From NCBI GenBank assembly GCA_963422615.1, contig OY730414.1:1-64000 (forward strand): a DNA stretch of 64,000 bases, in the 5' to 3' direction. The stretch comes from Longimicrobiales bacterium (GTDB taxonomy: Bacteria; Gemmatimonadota; Gemmatimonadetes; Longimicrobiales; Gaopeijiaceae). Position numbers and translations under genes: made by a program. How positions within the stretch are numbered: the stretch's first letter is position 1; each line of letters begins with the position of its first letter. Of the stretch, positions 61,048 to 64,000 are shown piece after piece. The notes under the pieces are model-generated. The model saw only the letters and a program-made list of their open reading frames with translations. It ran no database searches and had not been told where the DNA came from.

Positions 61048-63243
61048 TCAGCGGGATCGGGTTGCGGCCGATCCTCCGAGGGCGGCCTCTGTGAAGCCCC
61101 TGGACATTTCGGCGTACCGCCGGGCCGACTCCCGATCCCCTTCCTCTTCGGCCACAGATGCCAGGGCTCCGGTCATCAGATAGTATTGGATGGGGATGTT
61201 CACCGTCGAAGCGTCGGGCCACACTTCTCGGTCCAGGAGCCCCCGATAGCGGTACACGTGGTCAACGAGCCGGGTCGTCCGGGTGTAGTCGACCCAGCCG
61301 CCCCCGAGTTCCGGCGGGGCCAAGCGGTACGACGGTGGCTGCGGCCCCTCCAGATCCCGCACGACGAGCTTGGAGGCCAGGCCCTCCCGGACACCCCAGG
61401 GGCTCAACCCCAGGTCGGCCATGACCCCCGCCCGGCCTGCAAAGTAGACGGGCCGTTCGGAGATCGCTGACCCGATCATGGATAGGGCGATTCGATGCTT
61501 CCTGTCCAAGATCATGCCCGCCGGGAACGCCACGACGGAACGCCCCAGCCGCATCCGAATGGAATCGGGAAGGGGACCCCCGACAACCCGCCCGATTTGT
61601 TCGTCGGTCAACCCCACCACGGAGCGGGTTGGCGGCTCCGGAACGGGGAACAGGTCCTCGCCGACGGGGACGTACGGGCGCTGTCGGTCCGGGGAGGTCA
61701 GCTCCCGGAGCTGTCTCGGATACCAGTCCGTTCGAAGGTACTCCACGACCACCACCGTCACGTCTCGGCGGGTGCCCTCGACCTCCTGCAGGTACCACAG
61801 CGGAAAGGTGTCGTTGTCCCCGTTGGTGAAGAGCACCCCGTACGGCTCCACACTATTCAACAGGTCGTAGGCCCAGTCCCGCGCGGCGAAGTCTCCGGCG
61901 CGGCTGGCCCAGCTCAGGTTCAGAATCAAGGGAACGGCTGCCAGCCCCAGCACGGGTGCTGCCACAAGTTGGTACTTCAGGCGTTTGCGCAGCCATAGCC
62001 ACAGCGCGGAGAGCCCCACCCCCGCCATGACCCCCCAGAGGGCGAACCCGATCAGAAAGAAGTAGTCCCGTTCTCGAACTTCGTGGGTCTGGGGACCCGT
62101 CACTTCGGGCGCGAGAGAGTAGCCGTATCGGAAGTTCAGGTAGTAGACCAGGCCAAGAGAAAGCGTGAGCATGAGGATTCCGAAGTAGACTCCGGTGTTG
62201 CGGTCTCCGCGCCAGACCGTCATGAACCCGGCCACCCCCAGGACCAGGAACCCAAGGGTGAAGGGAAGACGCCGGGGGCTCGCGGGTTCATCGGGGTCCA
62301 GACCGCGAGACCACTGCCAGTCGAAGTACTGGAAGTAGTTATGAAGCTGGTGGCCGAAAGGCGACATGCGCTCCGACACAGGGGGTTTTTGGTACTGCTC
62401 CCGCTTCAGGGACTCCGCCAGCGCGGGACATCCCGCCCGACCGTGGGTGTAGATGGCAGCCGCGGCTTCCACGAAGCCGTCGCACAGGGGATCTCCTTCG
62501 TTGATCACCGGCCGCTGGGAAGCCCGAATGGGGAGGAAGAAGTTGAACGAGAGCCCCACCACGACGGCCAGCGCGCAGCGGAAAAGGAAACTGCGATCCA
62601 CCAGAAGCTGCCGATGGACGAGGCCAGCGAAAACGACCACAGCCGCCGCCGGCAGCACGGACATGAGGTGGCTGGTTGACCCGAGGGCCATGAGGTAGAC
62701 GGCCGCGACGATCCGCCGTTCCCTCCCCGGCTGACCCGCCAGGTCTTGCCAACGCACCACGAGCCAGCTGACCGCTGCGACGACCAGCAGGGACACCGTG
62801 TACACCTTCTCGTTGGCGTTGCTCTGGCTCCACACCGTGTACGCCGTGGCTCCGATCAGAACCGCCGCTCCCGCACCGACCCGCGCCCGCCCGTAGTTCC
62901 CGAAGGCCCGGAACAAGGCGCGGTGCGCGATCAGAAAGAAGAAAAAGAACGCCCCGGCCGAAGTCGTGGCGGCCAAGAGGTTTACGCAGACCGCCGGGGA
63001 AAGCCCGAAGGGCTCCAGAAGGAGCGTCCACGTTCGGGCGAGCACGACGAAGAGGGGGTTTCCGGGAGGGTGGGGGATTCCCAGGGTGTAGCCCGTGGCA
63101 ATGTACTCGCTGGTGTCCCACCACGCCGTCGTGGGCGCCAGGGTCAGAATGTAGATCAGGAGGACGCCCAAGCCCGCGCAGGTGGCAGCCAAGTAGGGAG
63201 GAGATTTGTTCTTTTCCGTCGAAGTTGCCCCAGCAGACGTCAC
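61048..63243 (-). CDS. DUF2723 (GT-C-like) membrane protein; start uncertain
   Basis: TLAPTTAWWDTSEY...GIPHPPGNPL, EVRERDYFF, FTNGDNDTFPLWYLQEVEG. Confidence 0.9.
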   Translation of the reverse strand: MTSAGATSTEKNKSPPYLAATCAGLGVLLIYILTLAPTTAWWDTSEYIATGYTLGIPHPPGNPLFVVLARTWTLLLEPFGLSPAVCVNLLAATTSAGAFFFFFLIAHRALFRAFGNYGRARVGAGAAVLIGATAYTVWSQSNANEKVYTVSLLVVAAVSWLVVRWQDLAGQPGRERRIVAAVYLMALGSTSHLMSVLPAAAVVVFAGLVHRQLLVDRSFLFRCALAVVVGLSFNFFLPIRASQRPVINEGDPLCDGFVEAAAAIYTHGRAGCPALAESLKREQYQKPPVSERMSPFGHQLHNYFQYFDWQWSRGLDPDEPASPRRLPFTLGFLVLGVAGFMTVWRGDRNTGVYFGILMLTLSLGLVYYLNFRYGYSLAPEVTGPQTHEVRERDYFFLIGFALWGVMAGVGLSALWLWLRKRLKYQLVAAPVLGLAAVPLILNLSWASRAGDFAARDWAYDLLNSVEPYGVLFTNGDNDTFPLWYLQEVEGTRRDVTVVVVEYLRTDWYPRQLRELTSPDRQRPYVPVGEDLFPVPEPPTRSVVGLTDEQIGRVVGGPLPDSIRMRLGRSVVAFPAGMILDRKHRIALSMIGSAISERPVYFAGRAGVMADLGLSPWGVREGLASKLVVRDLEGPQPPSYRLAPPELGGGWVDYTRTTRLVDHVYRYRGLLDREVWPDASTVNIPIQYYLMTGALASVAEEEGDRESARRYAEMSRGFTEAALGGSAATRSR

Positions 63244-63521
63244 GATCGTTTTCCCTTCCAGCGCCGATTCGAAGTGGCGCCCCTTCGCTTGGCATCCCTT
63301 GCGGACATCCGGCCCGGGGAGGCGGTCGCGCACCGAACACCCCTCCTCTTCGTCATTCCCAATCAAGCACGCTCCATACGACGGTATCAGGGCGGCCCCA
63401 CAAGCGGCCCCCAAAGTCCCCACCACCGCCAGCGTGGTCGATACTTACCAATCGTCCATAGCTTGGCAAGCTGCCCCGTTTCGGTCACACTCTTCCAATG
63501 CACCCTCCGCCAAGGAAAGCT

Positions 63522-64000
63522 ATGGCCAGCCCTGCATTCGGCGCGCTCCGATTCCTCCGGGGCTGGCTTCGAAGCGGGTCCTCTCATCAGGACTGGGCCA
63601 CAAAGGGCGCCCAGTCCAGCTGGCCGCCCCACTTTCCGGGCCTCACCGTCGAGACCCGCACGATGAGCGGCCTCGGGCCCGATCGCGCCCGGTGGTATGC
63701 TCCGGCCCGGGCGAAGGGTCCGCTTCCCGGATGGCTTCTGTTGCACGGCGCGTCCATTCAAGGGCCCGATCACCCCGCGCTCGTGCGCTTCGCGGCCGCT
63801 CTGGCGTACGCGGGCACCGCCGTGCTGATCCCCGATATTCCCGCCTGGCGCAAGCTGGATCTGGATCCGGCGCCTGCCCGATCCATCGTGGCCCGCTCCT
63901 TGGCTTACCTGTGCGAAGACGCTCAGGTCCTGCCGGGAGGCGCCATGCTCGCCGGTTTCTCCTTCGGCTGCCCGCAGGTGCTCCGGCTCGCGGCGGACCT
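63522..64000 (+). CDS. Alpha/beta hydrolase-like protein (runs off the window end)
   Basis: Own translation: WLLLHG...DHPALVRFAAALA...VLIPD...GFSFG nucleophile elbow; AAGGA upstream. Confidence 0.7.
   Translation, partial: MASPAFGALRFLRGWLRSGSSHQDWATKGAQSSWPPHFPGLTVETRTMSGLGPDRARWYAPARAKGPLPGWLLLHGASIQGPDHPALVRFAAALAYAGTAVLIPDIPAWRKLDLDPAPARSIVARSLAYLCEDAQVLPGGAMLAGFSFGCPQVLRLAAD

Overview
High-GC bacterial chromosome segment. Gene content (many lipoproteins and peptidases, Ig-like + LRR surface proteins, DUF2723, RicT) suggests Gemmatimonadota, possibly host/sponge-associated; this is inference only. The core backbone is trpS-dapA-purA-ffh-rpsP-rimM-trmD-(two inserted genes)-rplS-rnhB, accA-ricT, and moeB-coxDEG-coxMSL (form I CO dehydrogenase, AYRCSFR). 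Three accessory regions interrupt it. (1) Around tRNA-Lys(TTT): two orphan DNA methyltransferases and two LRR lipoproteins, one of them frameshifted. (2) A type III-like Res/Mod pair whose mod gene carries an in-frame G15 tract, with a DUF86/HEPN relic between res and mod. (3) A type I RM island in the order HEPN - MNT::HsdS - DUF3644 - HsdR - HsdM. The best candidate for an undescribed system is the third: a minimal nucleotidyltransferase antitoxin is fused to the specificity subunit, flanked by two RX4H HEPN-type genes, and bracketed by a degenerate direct repeat of the hsdS conserved region.
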